The position numbers and the translations under genes are program-made. From assembly GCA_027001995.1 (NCBI GenBank), contig JALTLO010000141.1, forward strand, positions 65,336 through 129,335: a DNA stretch of 64,000 nucleotides, written 5' to 3'. Position 1 is the first letter of the stretch. Every line of letters begins with the position of its first letter. The notes beneath the pieces were generated by a model. The model was not told the origin of the DNA and ran no database searches. It saw only the letters and a list, made by a program, of their open reading frames with translations. This stretch comes from Planctomycetota bacterium. GTDB lineage: Bacteria > Planctomycetota > GCA-002687715 > DRQF01. Below are positions 29,510-40,165 of this stretch, in pieces.

Positions 29510-29920
29510 ATGAACGTTCAAAAGCACGATCGTCAAAGTGGTTTTACCCTTGTCGAACTTATGGTTGTGGTAGTCATTCTGGGGCTCCTTGGAGGCATCG
29601 GTGCCGTCGCATTTCGTCAATTCGGCAAGGATGCCAAATTAGATTTGGCCGCCGTCAAATGCGCTGACCTGGAAAAGGCCATCGACAGCTTCACCATCCG
29701 GGAGGGCGACATTGACCCGGACGACATGTGGGATGAGATGCTTGACAAAAAGAAGATCAAGAAGCGGAAAGACATCAAAGATCCTTGGGGCGAAGAATTC
29801 GTTGTGCTCAAAGATGACGACGGCAATTATTCGGTCATCTCCAAAGGGCCGGACAAACAAGAAGACACCGAAGATGATCTGGGTAGAAACGGTAAACTGA
29901 GCGAACAAGACGACTCCTGA
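29510..29920 (+). CDS. Major pseudopilin (GspG-like)
   Basis: Prepilin site G|FTLVELM and the GspG C-terminal motif KDPWG...ISKGPD...TEDD. Confidence 0.88.
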   Translation: MNVQKHDRQSGFTLVELMVVVVILGLLGGIGAVAFRQFGKDAKLDLAAVKCADLEKAIDSFTIREGDIDPDDMWDEMLDKKKIKKRKDIKDPWGEEFVVLKDDDGNYSVISKGPDKQEDTEDDLGRNGKLSEQDDS

Positions 29921-30579
29921 TGAAGATGATCGGCACAACAACAGAGATGCGAACACCTCTCGCAGGAGGTTTCACCTTGGTGGAACTTCTTGTCGTTGTT
30001 GCCATTTTAGGAATCGGAACAGGTTGGTCGGTGGTCGCTTTCAGTGGCGTGACCGAAGAACAAGAATTATCAACTGCCGTACGAGAAATGGTAGGAGTCT
30101 ACCGTGAGCTCCGAGCCTTTGCAGTGAAAGAACGGCGAGACTGCTTCTTGGAGTTCGATATCGTCAAAGGCAAGTGGCGCCGACAGATCTACCCCACCAA
30201 AGACCGCATGGGTCGCTTCGTCCAGGTTTCCCGGGACGGAGAGTCGGAACTCCTCGACCGAGATTTCATCGAGGAGAAAATCGACCGCAAAGCTTGGTCC
30301 GATCTTCAGTCCTCGGTTTTCATCAAGGATATTCAAGCCCCAGGTCCTCAAGGGAACGACACATTCACCGAAGACTACTGGCTTCAATTCCGAACGGACG
30401 GCACGATCCCTCCCCATATCATTCACTTCAGTACCGCCAATGGTGAGTTGGAGCTGTCTTTAGAAGTGGAAGAAATCACCGGTCAGGTAACCGTCAAGCG
30501 AGGCTACGTTGAATTCTATACCCCCAGGGAAGAAGACTTCGACATGATGGGAGGTGAAAACAATGATGAAGACAACTAA
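29920..30579 (+). CDS. Minor pseudopilin (GspH-like)
   Basis: G|FTLVELL prepilin site; position after GspG. Confidence 0.8.
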   Translation: MKMIGTTTEMRTPLAGGFTLVELLVVVAILGIGTGWSVVAFSGVTEEQELSTAVREMVGVYRELRAFAVKERRDCFLEFDIVKGKWRRQIYPTKDRMGRFVQVSRDGESELLDRDFIEEKIDRKAWSDLQSSVFIKDIQAPGPQGNDTFTEDYWLQFRTDGTIPPHIIHFSTANGELELSLEVEEITGQVTVKRGYVEFYTPREEDFDMMGGENNDEDN

Positions 30580-31324
30580 GTCAACAAACCCTCAGTCCGG
30601 CATGACACTTCTTGAAGTCATGGTGGCCCTCATCATTGTTTCAACCACCGCTCTTCCATTGTTGGTGTCCCTAGGTGATGCCCATCGGCGCGTCACCCGC
30701 GCCAATATCAAGCGACAGATGAAGCAGCTTATGGAATACAAGCTGTCTCACATCCTTCTAGACCGCCCTGCGGAAGACAAAGACCCCATCTATGTTGATG
30801 GGGTCGAAGGCAACTTCGGTGAAGACTTTGAGCTGGCAGACAGCGAAGAGAAGGCTTACTTCTTTGACGAATCCCTTTACAACTACTCCTATCGCATCGA
30901 CTCCCAAGAAATCGACTTAGGAAGTAGCGGCGGCATCACGGGCGATGAAGAAGGGGATCAGGACAACTCCACCAGATCAAGGCAAGACCCGGCTGGCGAC
31001 CCCGGCTTAGGTTTGGGAGGAGCAGAAACGGAAGGGCAAGCCGAAGAATCGCAGGGGCAATTGCGCTACATCGTCACCTTGACCGTGCTATTTCGCAGCG
31101 GTAACGCCAACTTCGATCAAGCCATGAGTGTTGTCACATACGTGCGGCACCCTCATGAAAGCGAGGCCATGACCGGCCCAGACTTGGGCCCAGGCGGAGG
31201 TGGAGGTCTCGGCGGTGGACAAGCTGGAACTGGTGCCAACACCAATGGCCAGCCTCGCCCAGGTACAAACAGCACACCGTCAAACTTGTTGACAGGTGGT
31301 GGTGGCGGCGGTGGTGGGAGATAG
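30563..31324 (+). CDS. Minor pseudopilin (GspI-like) with acidic insert and Gly-rich tail
   Basis: G|MTLLEVMVAL prepilin site; GGAGGTG RBS. Confidence 0.8.
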   Translation: MMKTTKSTNPQSGMTLLEVMVALIIVSTTALPLLVSLGDAHRRVTRANIKRQMKQLMEYKLSHILLDRPAEDKDPIYVDGVEGNFGEDFELADSEEKAYFFDESLYNYSYRIDSQEIDLGSSGGITGDEEGDQDNSTRSRQDPAGDPGLGLGGAETEGQAEESQGQLRYIVTLTVLFRSGNANFDQAMSVVTYVRHPHESEAMTGPDLGPGGGGGLGGGQAGTGANTNGQPRPGTNSTPSNLLTGGGGGGGGR

Positions 31325-32428
31325 ATGACCATGACAATGCAATCCAAACAAAGCGGCTTCACGCTCATGGAACTCCTCATTGCCATTATGATCTCAGGCA
31401 TGGTCTTCATGGGTGTTTTCACCGTGGTGCGAGCAGGTATCAACACCCAGATGTATGTGCGTGAAATGAGCGATGCTGGACGACAAGGCCCTGCCATCTT
31501 GAGCCAACTCCAAGACGACCTGGAAAACGCCTACTTCTACAACATCGTTGAGAACAATTTCTTCCATGGCAAACAGGTCGACATTGGCAATGGCAACCGG
31601 GGTGATCAGCTCCATTTCATCACTTGCCGCCCATCTCTGTTGGATGATGAAGAAATCAGCGTCGTTGAGCCTCACAAAGCTATGCTGACGGAAGTGAGCT
31701 GGGTGCTGAAAGAAAACCCCGATGATGACCGTTACTTCGAGTTACACCGCCGCGAGCAACCCATGGTGAACGACCGCCAGTTCTCTGGGGGTTACTTTCG
31801 CATGATTTCCGATCGAGTGGTGAGTTTCCGCGTCCAATATACGGGCTGGAAATTTGGTGGGGATGATCTGGAAACGCGCTTAGGGCAAGACCTCGCTGGT
31901 AACTCTTCCAGAGGGCGTGAAAGCTCAGAAGAAGATGGGGCCGAAGAAGAAGAGTCCTTGGAGTGGGATGACGAATGGGCATCCCGAGACCTGGGGGCCT
32001 TGCCAGTGGCAGTCAAGATCGAGCTCGTCGTATCCCCAGATATCGACCAGGATGTTATGGACCGCATGAACCGTGATGGACGAGAACAAGAGTTAGACCG
32101 CTCTTACATCCATATCATTCTCCTACCCCAATACCGCGAAGACAAAGGCAACATGCAAGCTACCTCCATCTGGGATGGCACTGTTGCCGAACCTTTCCAG
32201 CAAGGAGGCGGCGGTGGTATCGGCGGTGCTAACCGTGGGGGTGCCAATGGTCCAAACGGCGCACGTGCTGGAGGGCGCAACAATGGTGGACGAAGCGGAA
32301 ACAATCCCAACGGAAGCGGGACCACCCCAACCAACTCCACCAGCAACCCATTCTTGAACATCATCCGTGGGGGCAGCAACAACGCTGGCGGTGCTAACCC
32401 CTTGGGTGTGCTACGGGGCGGCAATTAG
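31325..32428 (+). CDS. Minor pseudopilin (GspJ-like) with Gly/Asn-rich tail
   Basis: G|FTLMELL, LQDDLENA, and GspJ-type WDDEW...LPVAVKIEL. Confidence 0.85.
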   Translation: MTMTMQSKQSGFTLMELLIAIMISGMVFMGVFTVVRAGINTQMYVREMSDAGRQGPAILSQLQDDLENAYFYNIVENNFFHGKQVDIGNGNRGDQLHFITCRPSLLDDEEISVVEPHKAMLTEVSWVLKENPDDDRYFELHRREQPMVNDRQFSGGYFRMISDRVVSFRVQYTGWKFGGDDLETRLGQDLAGNSSRGRESSEEDGAEEEESLEWDDEWASRDLGALPVAVKIELVVSPDIDQDVMDRMNRDGREQELDRSYIHIILLPQYREDKGNMQATSIWDGTVAEPFQQGGGGGIGGANRGGANGPNGARAGGRNNGGRSGNNPNGSGTTPTNSTSNPFLNIIRGGSNNAGGANPLGVLRGGN

Positions 32429-32460
32429 TCAATCCCAAGACTTCCCCGACTTCCAAGCCT

Positions 32461-33738
32461 CTACTTTTTCTTCGGCTCCAAGAGACTTACCCCGCCCATG
32501 TAAGGTCGCAGAGCTTGTGGAATGTGGATACTGCCATCTTCTTGCTGATGGTTCTCAATCAAAGGAATCAAAACACGAGGGGAAGCAATGACAGTGTTGT
32601 TGAGGGTATGACAGAAACGCACCTTGCCCTCTGCATCCCGATATCGCAATCCTAAGCGGCGCGACTGAAAATCATGAAAGCGGCTGGCACTATGAGTTTC
32701 GGAGAACGATTCCCGGGATGGCATCCAGGTTTCGATGTCAAACTTTTGCACCTGCCCGCTACCCAAGTCACCCCCACAGACATTGACCACCCGATAAGGC
32801 AGCTCAAGCATTTGCAAGACTTCCTCCGAGTTCTTCAGGATCTCTTGATGAAACTGCTTCGAAATCTCCTCGTCATTGGGGCAAAGAATGACTTGTTCAA
32901 TTTTTTGAAATTGGTGAATGCGGTAAAGCCCTCGGGTATCCCGTCCCGCAGCCCCTGCTTCTCGGCGATAACAGTTGGACCAGCCACAAAGTTTCGTGGG
33001 CAATTCTGACATGTCCAAGATTTCACCGGCGCGGTAGGAAGTCAAAGGCACTTCGGCCGTGCCAATCAAAAAGAGGTCATCCCGTTCCGTGCAATAGGCT
33101 TGGTCTTCTCCACCAGGGAAATAGGCCGTTCCCTCCATAGCCTCTCGCCTCACCAAGTTGGGCACGATCATCGGAGAGAAACCCTTGGCCACCATATGGT
33201 CCATAGACATCCTGAGCACTGAGAGTTCCAAGAGGGCTCCAGCATTTTTCAGAAAATAGGTGCGGCTCCCAGCAATACGGGCGGCACGCTCAAAGTCGAA
33301 CATGTCATGCATTTGCCCCAGTTCGAGGTGATCACGTTGGTCGAAGTCAAAAGTAGGAATGGTTCCTTCAGATCGCATTTCGACGTTCTCTAAGTCGTCC
33401 TTGCCATCTGGGACTTCTGCTGCCGGTGGATTCGGCAAGGTCAACAAAAGCCTCTGCAATTCTTCGTCAAGAGACTTGACCTGAGACTCTATTGCCTTCT
33501 GCTCCGCTCCCAAAGCCTTCATGGCTTTGATCGTCTCCATCTTCTCGTCGCCTTGAAGTGAAGGAATCGCTTTCGTGGCTTTGTTTTGTTCAGCCTTCTT
33601 GGACTCTGATTCAGCCCGGAGCTTACGCACTTCACTATCCAACTTAAGAACCTGATCAACATCGCAAGCAATGTGCTTCTTGATAGCGCCATCACGAACG
33701 ACGTCGGGATTTTGACGAACAAATTTCAGATCAAGCAT
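32461..33738 (-). CDS. serS: Serine--tRNA ligase
   Basis: MLDLKFVRQNPD, LIGTAEV, YRREAG, GLYRIHQF and HTLNNT. Confidence 0.97.
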   Translation of the reverse strand: MLDLKFVRQNPDVVRDGAIKKHIACDVDQVLKLDSEVRKLRAESESKKAEQNKATKAIPSLQGDEKMETIKAMKALGAEQKAIESQVKSLDEELQRLLLTLPNPPAAEVPDGKDDLENVEMRSEGTIPTFDFDQRDHLELGQMHDMFDFERAARIAGSRTYFLKNAGALLELSVLRMSMDHMVAKGFSPMIVPNLVRREAMEGTAYFPGGEDQAYCTERDDLFLIGTAEVPLTSYRAGEILDMSELPTKLCGWSNCYRREAGAAGRDTRGLYRIHQFQKIEQVILCPNDEEISKQFHQEILKNSEEVLQMLELPYRVVNVCGGDLGSGQVQKFDIETWMPSRESFSETHSASRFHDFQSRRLGLRYRDAEGKVRFCHTLNNTVIASPRVLIPLIENHQQEDGSIHIPQALRPYMGGVSLLEPKKK

Positions 33739-34531
33739 CGGCTAAGTTCTCCCAAGAACGGCATCGATTGAGAAATTCATTCAATCCCCGTTCTGATTGG
33801 TCATCCATGCGGAAGACAATTCTTTCGGTCAAATAATGTTTTGCCAGGCTGTCCTTCAAACCAAAGCTTGAAGCCAACTCCCGGACAATGGACTCAATCT
33901 CTTCCATGCCGGTGTCCAAAGCGGCAAGAAACTTATTCGATAAATCAGGATGGCGAGTTAGAGTTTCATGACGCACTCCCCAAACAGCAAAAACGAAAGG
34001 CAACCCTGTGGCTTCCGTCCACGCCAAGCTGAGATCAATACATTCCCAAGGGCCTTGGGGCACCCGCAAGAGCGCCAAATCGCCGATGACCAAGATGCCA
34101 TCAAATTGCTCCGCCCGTTCTTCATCCTCAAGCAAGGCCTTTGGTGATTCTTCAACAAACTCAAATCGTTCCCAAGGATGGCCTAAGAAACTAACCAAGT
34201 AGATTTTTGTCAGCATCTGAGACGTGCGAGAGTGAGGATCCAGGGCGATTCTGATTTTTCCTTGGCCCCTCTCAAGAACTCCGCTCTTCAGATAGAGCAA
34301 GACACTGTCAACGGCCCCATGGGCACCGATGCAAAGTCCTGGCAAGTAGGTCAAACGAGGGTCCTTAAGCAGGGTGACACAAGGCACTAAGCCCACATCC
34401 GCATCCCCAGACAAAAGAGCCTCTGCTGCTTCTGCAGGTGGCAGATCTCGAACCTCGAAGTCTTCCTGCGACCTCAAGCCCTCTACCAATGGCCTGGCAT
34501 TAAAATAAGAAACAGCGGCAACCCGAATCAC
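33731..34531 (-). CDS. mqnA: Chorismate dehydratase (futalosine menaquinone pathway)
   Basis: VSYFNARPL, GAVDSVLL, SRTS, LVIGDLAL and WTEATGLPFVFAVW. Confidence 0.9.
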   Translation of the reverse strand: MIRVAAVSYFNARPLVEGLRSQEDFEVRDLPPAEAAEALLSGDADVGLVPCVTLLKDPRLTYLPGLCIGAHGAVDSVLLYLKSGVLERGQGKIRIALDPHSRTSQMLTKIYLVSFLGHPWERFEFVEESPKALLEDEERAEQFDGILVIGDLALLRVPQGPWECIDLSLAWTEATGLPFVFAVWGVRHETLTRHPDLSNKFLAALDTGMEEIESIVRELASSFGLKDSLAKHYLTERIVFRMDDQSERGLNEFLNRCRSWENLADA

Positions 34532-34623
34532 GTAAAAAACCCTTCCGAATCAAAATATGGGCTGGATTCACTCCCGTTATGACGAAATCACCCCTGGGGC
34601 AAAAGTAGGATGTGGCCTCTGTG

Positions 34624-34665
34624 AAAAAAAGAAACCCACAATTCACTGAATCGTGGGCTTCTTTT
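34624..34665 (-). terminator. Probable intrinsic terminator
   Basis: Imperfect stem AAGAAACCCAC...GTGGGCTTCTT with a 7-U tail on the minus strand, downstream of the stop at 34684. Confidence 0.6.
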
Positions 34666-34683
34666 GATTTCCAGCGAAGGTGG

Positions 34684-36828
34684 TTAATTCACCCGGGTCC
34701 AGGCGGAGACAATTTTGCCCAGAATCTTGTGGTCATAAACGAGCTGACCAACTCGTTTATCCTTGCTGCTGCCACAATTCTTGATGGTGATGTCCGTGGG
34801 GAACCAAAGATCGATCATCTTCTGCCCTCTCGAATCGACCTTCATGTTTTTGCGCCCCAAGACCTTGCCCTTGCCGTTTTCTTTCCTGATGGTGACGGTC
34901 GGAGCTAGGCGATCTTGCTGGAAGTTAAAATAGACCTCTCCCATATTTCCGATCACTTCTATGTCTTGGCCTTTGACGACGATCTCACCGGGGGCATCCC
35001 CGGAGGAGAGATCGCAATTCATGCGGAAGCCATTTTCCCCAGCCCCACCCAGATTCCAGGTATTGAGCTGACCACTTCGGGCCTCCATCTTACTCTTGCC
35101 ACGACCAATCAAGATGTGTGATTGTTTCTTGCCCTTGCCAAGAGTGATGTATCCGAGGTGGACTGCATAGCGCCCTGGGGGAATCCACATAGGTTTGTCG
35201 ATGGCCTTGGCGATATCAAAATAGGCTTCTGCGTCTTCACCGCTTCCTTGAACGATAAGAAAGTCTGGCCGGACGCCACTGGCGGTCTTGAAGTTCACAC
35301 GAACCGGGGCCAGTGATCCTTTGTAAGGACGGGACCGAACGAGGCCGGTACTTACACCAACCACTTTGAATTCGAATGGATATAGAGCACCATTCTCTTC
35401 CAAGAGAATGAAACGTCCGAGAGGTTCGATGCGCGCCTTCTTCCCTTTGCCAATCATGACCGCGTCAACACCGGTGTCCCGAAAAGATCCGTTGCCATTG
35501 CAATCAAGCAAGGTCACTTTGTGACCGCGAACCGTGCCTTCAAGGCCCGTAGCTCCGAGCCATGCAATCAGTTTTTGGTTGGCAGAATTGGGGTCATTGT
35601 ATTTCTTGCCAAAGAGCTTCAAGGATTCCGCACCGTAGTCCATCACCATGTTGGTAATCGTGCGGCTCTTGTCATCAGGATAGACGACCTTTTTCTTGAG
35701 CTTGATGAATTTCTGCTTCAGCTTTAGCTTCTTGGCAGACTTATCTTTCTTCCCTTTCAAATAGACCTTGCCGTCATAATGCATTTCTGCCCCAGGAAGG
35801 AAGTTCTTGACTGGAACCGGATCTTTGTCCTTCTCAAGCAAGATGTACTGGAGGAAGGGATCTTTCCTGGGGTTGTTTGGACGGCAAACGGCGAAGTTGT
35901 AATAGGGCACCTTGATCTTGGTGAAGAGTGGAAGGGACTTTTCTTTGAATCCCTTGTCATCGACAAAAGTATATTCTGCGGAAGACGTGGGGGCCTTCGA
36001 CGCCCCGACAGACTTCCCACCGGATTTCTCACTTCCCTCAGTGGGGATCTGATTCCGGGCGGCCAAAGCTTTGTCGTAAGCGACTTTGGCATCCGCCATG
36101 GATAACTTGGTATCGATCAGCTCAGGAAATTCCACCTGACGTTTTTCGCGCATTTTGGTGATGGCATTATTGATGTCTGGAAAACGAGCAATGACACCGG
36201 CCTTTTGGGCTGGTCTTGAGGCGGTCTGGTACCAGTAGGCGCTGTTGAAATGGTTCCCGGCCTTGAGCCAACAGCGACCGACAAAATCTGCAGTTTCAGC
36301 CGTCAAGTAGTCGTCACCCAGTTTCATATAACCCCGGGCAGCACGACTGTAGGCGGCGATAGCTTTGGACATGGCTTCTTCATTGCCGTCTGCGGCCCCA
36401 TCGTTGTAGGCCACATAGCCTTCTTCCGCAGCCTTTCTTGCCTCCACATAGGCCTTGAGTTGTTCGGGCGTGTAAGCCGCGACTTTGAGGCGCCTCGCGG
36501 TCAGAAACTTATCATCATGCTTAGTGCGGTAATTTGAGCTCAAATACTGCATATTGAGCATTTGCTTGTCGGCGGCTTCTGCATTGTTGGCAAGGCTGTA
36601 CCCGACCCAGAGCTTCTCGTAGAGGAAGTAAGCGTAAAAGGCTGCGTCTTTGTTCTCGTCCACCATCTTGGCTTGCATTGAGAAATCGTTGGCATCTACG
36701 GCTTTCTCAAATGCGACGCGAAAGACATCTGCCTGGCTTTGCGCCTGTATTTGGCTTACCCCAACTAAGAAGGCAAACAGGGCTGCCAGAAGGCTAGTCT
36801 TGAAAACGATTTGTCGTCGCATGGTCAT
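34684..36828 (-). CDS. Large exported hypothetical protein (helical/TPR-like N-half, beta-rich C-half)
   Basis: 714-aa ORF with signal peptide; no family recognised. Confidence 0.75.
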   Translation of the reverse strand: MTMRRQIVFKTSLLAALFAFLVGVSQIQAQSQADVFRVAFEKAVDANDFSMQAKMVDENKDAAFYAYFLYEKLWVGYSLANNAEAADKQMLNMQYLSSNYRTKHDDKFLTARRLKVAAYTPEQLKAYVEARKAAEEGYVAYNDGAADGNEEAMSKAIAAYSRAARGYMKLGDDYLTAETADFVGRCWLKAGNHFNSAYWYQTASRPAQKAGVIARFPDINNAITKMREKRQVEFPELIDTKLSMADAKVAYDKALAARNQIPTEGSEKSGGKSVGASKAPTSSAEYTFVDDKGFKEKSLPLFTKIKVPYYNFAVCRPNNPRKDPFLQYILLEKDKDPVPVKNFLPGAEMHYDGKVYLKGKKDKSAKKLKLKQKFIKLKKKVVYPDDKSRTITNMVMDYGAESLKLFGKKYNDPNSANQKLIAWLGATGLEGTVRGHKVTLLDCNGNGSFRDTGVDAVMIGKGKKARIEPLGRFILLEENGALYPFEFKVVGVSTGLVRSRPYKGSLAPVRVNFKTASGVRPDFLIVQGSGEDAEAYFDIAKAIDKPMWIPPGRYAVHLGYITLGKGKKQSHILIGRGKSKMEARSGQLNTWNLGGAGENGFRMNCDLSSGDAPGEIVVKGQDIEVIGNMGEVYFNFQQDRLAPTVTIRKENGKGKVLGRKNMKVDSRGQKMIDLWFPTDITIKNCGSSKDKRVGQLVYDHKILGKIVSAWTRVN

Positions 36829-36982
36829 ACGATCTCCTCAATTTTTGAAACAACTTCAAAGTTGTTCACCACGACCTCACCCAGGAGGCCTCATTGCATT
36901 TGTCAGGTGCGCGATGCCCTTTTCACAAAGGAACGCTGGGGGCTGACATCATACTCGATTCGACCAAAAGTCGAACCGCAAA

Positions 36983-38587
36983 TCAGTCTTCCACAGAGCG
37001 GGCATATCGGCTGACAAGAGATTCCGCTGCTCGCCAACCGTCCACCGCGGCGCTTACAATTCCACCGGCATACCCAGCCCCCTCTCCCACTGGGTAGAGA
37101 CCTTCGATGCTCACTGACTCCAACGTTTCGGATTGCCGAAGAATTCTCACCGGGGCCGAAGATCGTGCCTCAGGCCCACAGAGGATAGCATCCGGATGAA
37201 TAAATCCTCTCATTTGGCGATCAAAATGCCGTATGGCAGAGCGAATGCGCTCCATAACATAGGACGGAGCCAATGCTGCAATGTTGGCTGGAATCGCCCC
37301 AGATCGACAGCTTGTGGCGGGAAGGTCGTCAGAAAGGCGATTCTCGACAAAATCGTCCAAACGCTGGGCCGGTAGCAAAAACTGGCTCCCAGCAATCTCC
37401 GCGGCCCGTTTCTCGTATTTTTCCTGCAAACGAAGACCCCCGAGGGGGCCCACTTCCTCGAAATCTTCAGGAAAAACCGTGGTAACCAAGCCGCTATTGG
37501 CGAATCCGGTGGAACGTCCAAAAGAGCTCATGCCATTGGTGTTGAAGTGAGCGGCGTCGTGGATGGCCGGGATAATTTCTCCCCCAGGGCACATGCAGAA
37601 AGAAAAGACTCCCTCGTTCTCCACTTGGGTGGCCAAGCGATAATCCGCAGGAGGCAAATCGACGTTTGTGCTTGCCGAACCATAAATACGCCGATCAATA
37701 AAGGACTGAGCATGCTCCACCCGAAATCCCATCTGGAAGGCCTTGGGTTCGAGATCAACCCCGACGCTCAGGAGGTGGGCATAGAAATCCCGGGCGCTAT
37801 GGCCTGGGGCACAGATCAAAACCTTCGTTGGAATGTCCCCAGAATCCGTCGACACGCCAACCAATGAACCATTTTGAATCTTGAGCGCCCGCACACAGCA
37901 ATCATAGCGAAAAGTTCCCCCTAAACTTTCGATCTCCCGGCGCAGTTTCGCCACCACGGCCCGAACTCGATCTGAGCCCAAATGGGGTCGATAGTAGTAG
38001 CCCACTGTATCCATGCCGGAATTCTTGCGGAATTCGTCCAACACCTCTTTCGCCCGAGGATCCTTGCTGCGGGACGTAAGCTTGCCGTCGCTAAAGGTGC
38101 CTGCTCCTCCCTCGCCAAACAGATAGTTGCTCTCAGGATTGAGCTTGTGGGAACGGTAGAATTCTTCGATCTGCCGGACCCGCATATTCATCTTCGAACC
38201 TCGGTCCACGATCAGGGGGCAATAACCCTCCCGGGCCAAAACCAAGGCGGCGAAAAGACCTGCTGGTCCCTGGCCGAGAACAACAGGGCGATGATCCAGT
38301 TGTTCACTCCCGGGTACCAATGGTTCTAAGCGTGGTGTTTCAACCCAATGAACATTCTTGTTGTCCCGACCACGAGGACGTTGTTTCGCCTGCGGTTCGT
38401 CAATGAGGTGAATGTCAACTGTATAAACGAATTCTGGGCTGCGGCGCCGCTTGTCCATGGATTGGCGCACCAACTCCATCGATTCAACATCACTTTCGGA
38501 CAGCCCCGCAGCTTTCAGAGCCCGAAGCATAACGAGAGACTCATCGTCTGTGAGGGATAAGCGAATCTGGCTTACACGAAGTGGCAT
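36983..38587 (-). CDS. Uncharacterised FAD-dependent oxidoreductase
   Basis: GQGPAGLFAAL, FGEGGAGTFSDGKL, FCMCPGG and GEGAGYAGGIVSAAVDG. Confidence 0.9.
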   Translation of the reverse strand: MPLRVSQIRLSLTDDESLVMLRALKAAGLSESDVESMELVRQSMDKRRRSPEFVYTVDIHLIDEPQAKQRPRGRDNKNVHWVETPRLEPLVPGSEQLDHRPVVLGQGPAGLFAALVLAREGYCPLIVDRGSKMNMRVRQIEEFYRSHKLNPESNYLFGEGGAGTFSDGKLTSRSKDPRAKEVLDEFRKNSGMDTVGYYYRPHLGSDRVRAVVAKLRREIESLGGTFRYDCCVRALKIQNGSLVGVSTDSGDIPTKVLICAPGHSARDFYAHLLSVGVDLEPKAFQMGFRVEHAQSFIDRRIYGSASTNVDLPPADYRLATQVENEGVFSFCMCPGGEIIPAIHDAAHFNTNGMSSFGRSTGFANSGLVTTVFPEDFEEVGPLGGLRLQEKYEKRAAEIAGSQFLLPAQRLDDFVENRLSDDLPATSCRSGAIPANIAALAPSYVMERIRSAIRHFDRQMRGFIHPDAILCGPEARSSAPVRILRQSETLESVSIEGLYPVGEGAGYAGGIVSAAVDGWRAAESLVSRYARSVED

Positions 38588-38623
38588 GGCTGGAGTATAC
38601 GCAGTTCTTGGGCTGGCTTCAGG

Positions 38624-39460
38624 TCAAGGTCGACTCTTGAGACGCTCGCTTTGCCGACGGAGGAAATCTCTTTCGCTTTCAGTCAACTCGCCCATGCCCT
38701 GCTCGCTGATTTTGGCCAAGATTCGGTCCATTTCCTTGTTGTCGGCTTGGCGACGGCTGGCTTCAATCTTGGCCACTTTTCGTTGGCGATTCTCGCGGGC
38801 AGCACGAAAGCGTAACTCAAATTGCGGCCAGAAAAGCCCATAAACAACACCAGCAGCAGCCCCCATGAAATGAACCCCGACGGCGGTCGATGTAGCTCTT
38901 TGGTAGGCGATCACATTCAAGAGGTCCATGCCAATGATGAAGGCCGCCATGGCCGCACCGCTCACCGTCACGATGATCATGTTGACTTGAGCCCTGGGGA
39001 ATTTCGCACCAAAGACTGCCACCAACCCCATGATGGCCCCCGAAGCACCAATGACGGACCTGGGATTGGCATCGATAACCAGGGCCTCCAGGGGAAAACC
39101 GAAGGCAGCGATGGCTCCCAAAGAGAGATAGACCACAACGAAGCGCTTCCGCCCCAAGTGAGGCTCGAGCATACGGCCCATCATGTAGAGAAGAAGCATG
39201 TTCCAGAACAGATGACTGGGGCCACCGTGCAGGAAGAGATAAGTCAGATAGCGCCAAACCTGAAGGCCACGCCAATTTCGCCATTGAAAGGAGAAAATAT
39301 CATTGATGAGAGCGGTGCCCCGGCCAGTCACAGACCCACCTAAGAGCCAAACTAACACGGAAACAGCCACGGTGATGATGATGAGCCAAGCGGTGGCGCT
39401 CCTTTGGGGTTTCCCAAAAAGAGGGCCTTCTTGAGCGTATTGTCGATCACTCCAGGACAT
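38624..39460 (-). CDS. Rhomboid intramembrane serine protease with C-terminal helical domain
   Basis: WRYLTYLFLH, HLFWNM, catalytic GASG, VGVHFMG and DRILAKISEQG tail. Confidence 0.92.
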   Translation of the reverse strand: MSWSDRQYAQEGPLFGKPQRSATAWLIIITVAVSVLVWLLGGSVTGRGTALINDIFSFQWRNWRGLQVWRYLTYLFLHGGPSHLFWNMLLLYMMGRMLEPHLGRKRFVVVYLSLGAIAAFGFPLEALVIDANPRSVIGASGAIMGLVAVFGAKFPRAQVNMIIVTVSGAAMAAFIIGMDLLNVIAYQRATSTAVGVHFMGAAAGVVYGLFWPQFELRFRAARENRQRKVAKIEASRRQADNKEMDRILAKISEQGMGELTESERDFLRRQSERLKSRP

Positions 39461-39491
39461 ATTTCACTCTAAGATTCTGACTACAAACAAC

Positions 39492-40067
39492 TTAGGACTC
39501 GGCGTCGTCTTCGGAAGCATAACATGTTTCCTTTAATACGCCGATATAAGGCAAATTGCGGTAGAGATCGGCGAAATCCAGGCCATACCCCACGACAAAG
39601 AAATCATCGACATGAAAGCCGACGTAGTCCGCTTCAATTTCCACGACTCTGCGGGCTTTCTTGTCCAAAAGAACACAGGTGCGAATATCCCTAGCCCCTT
39701 TTTCTTCCAGTAATGTCTTGACCCGCTTCAAAGTGCGCCCGGTGTCGAGGATGTCGTCCAAAAGAAGAAGACGTTTGCCAGCAAAATCGATCTTGGGGAA
39801 CATCTTGATGTCCACCACCCCAGAAGAGCTGGTTCCCTCGCCATAGCTGGATGGCTGAATGAAATCGATGTCCAGTTTCAAGGGAATTTGACGCATGAGG
39901 TCGCTGATAAAAACAACACCGCCCTTGAGCAGGGCCATCAAGACCAAGTGATCACCTTCATAGTCTTTAGCAATCTCCGCGCCCAGGGTGGCAAGGCGAT
40001 CGCGAATTTGTTCTTCCGTAAACAGGACCTCTTTGATGTCGTCGTGCATAGTGGCAAAGCTTTCCAT
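39492..40067 (-). CDS. hpt: Hypoxanthine phosphoribosyltransferase
   Basis: LKGG, SSYG, LLDDILDTGRTL and FVVGYGLD..YRNLPYI. Confidence 0.95.
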   Translation of the reverse strand: MESFATMHDDIKEVLFTEEQIRDRLATLGAEIAKDYEGDHLVLMALLKGGVVFISDLMRQIPLKLDIDFIQPSSYGEGTSSSGVVDIKMFPKIDFAGKRLLLLDDILDTGRTLKRVKTLLEEKGARDIRTCVLLDKKARRVVEIEADYVGFHVDDFFVVGYGLDFADLYRNLPYIGVLKETCYASEDDAES

Positions 40068-40165
40068 CTGTCTTTCTGTGGCTGGCCATGGCCAGAGGAT
40101 CTCTTGATGTTAGCGTAGCCTCGCTGGAGATAAAATCCACCGCCTACACTGAGGAGAGCAGAAAA

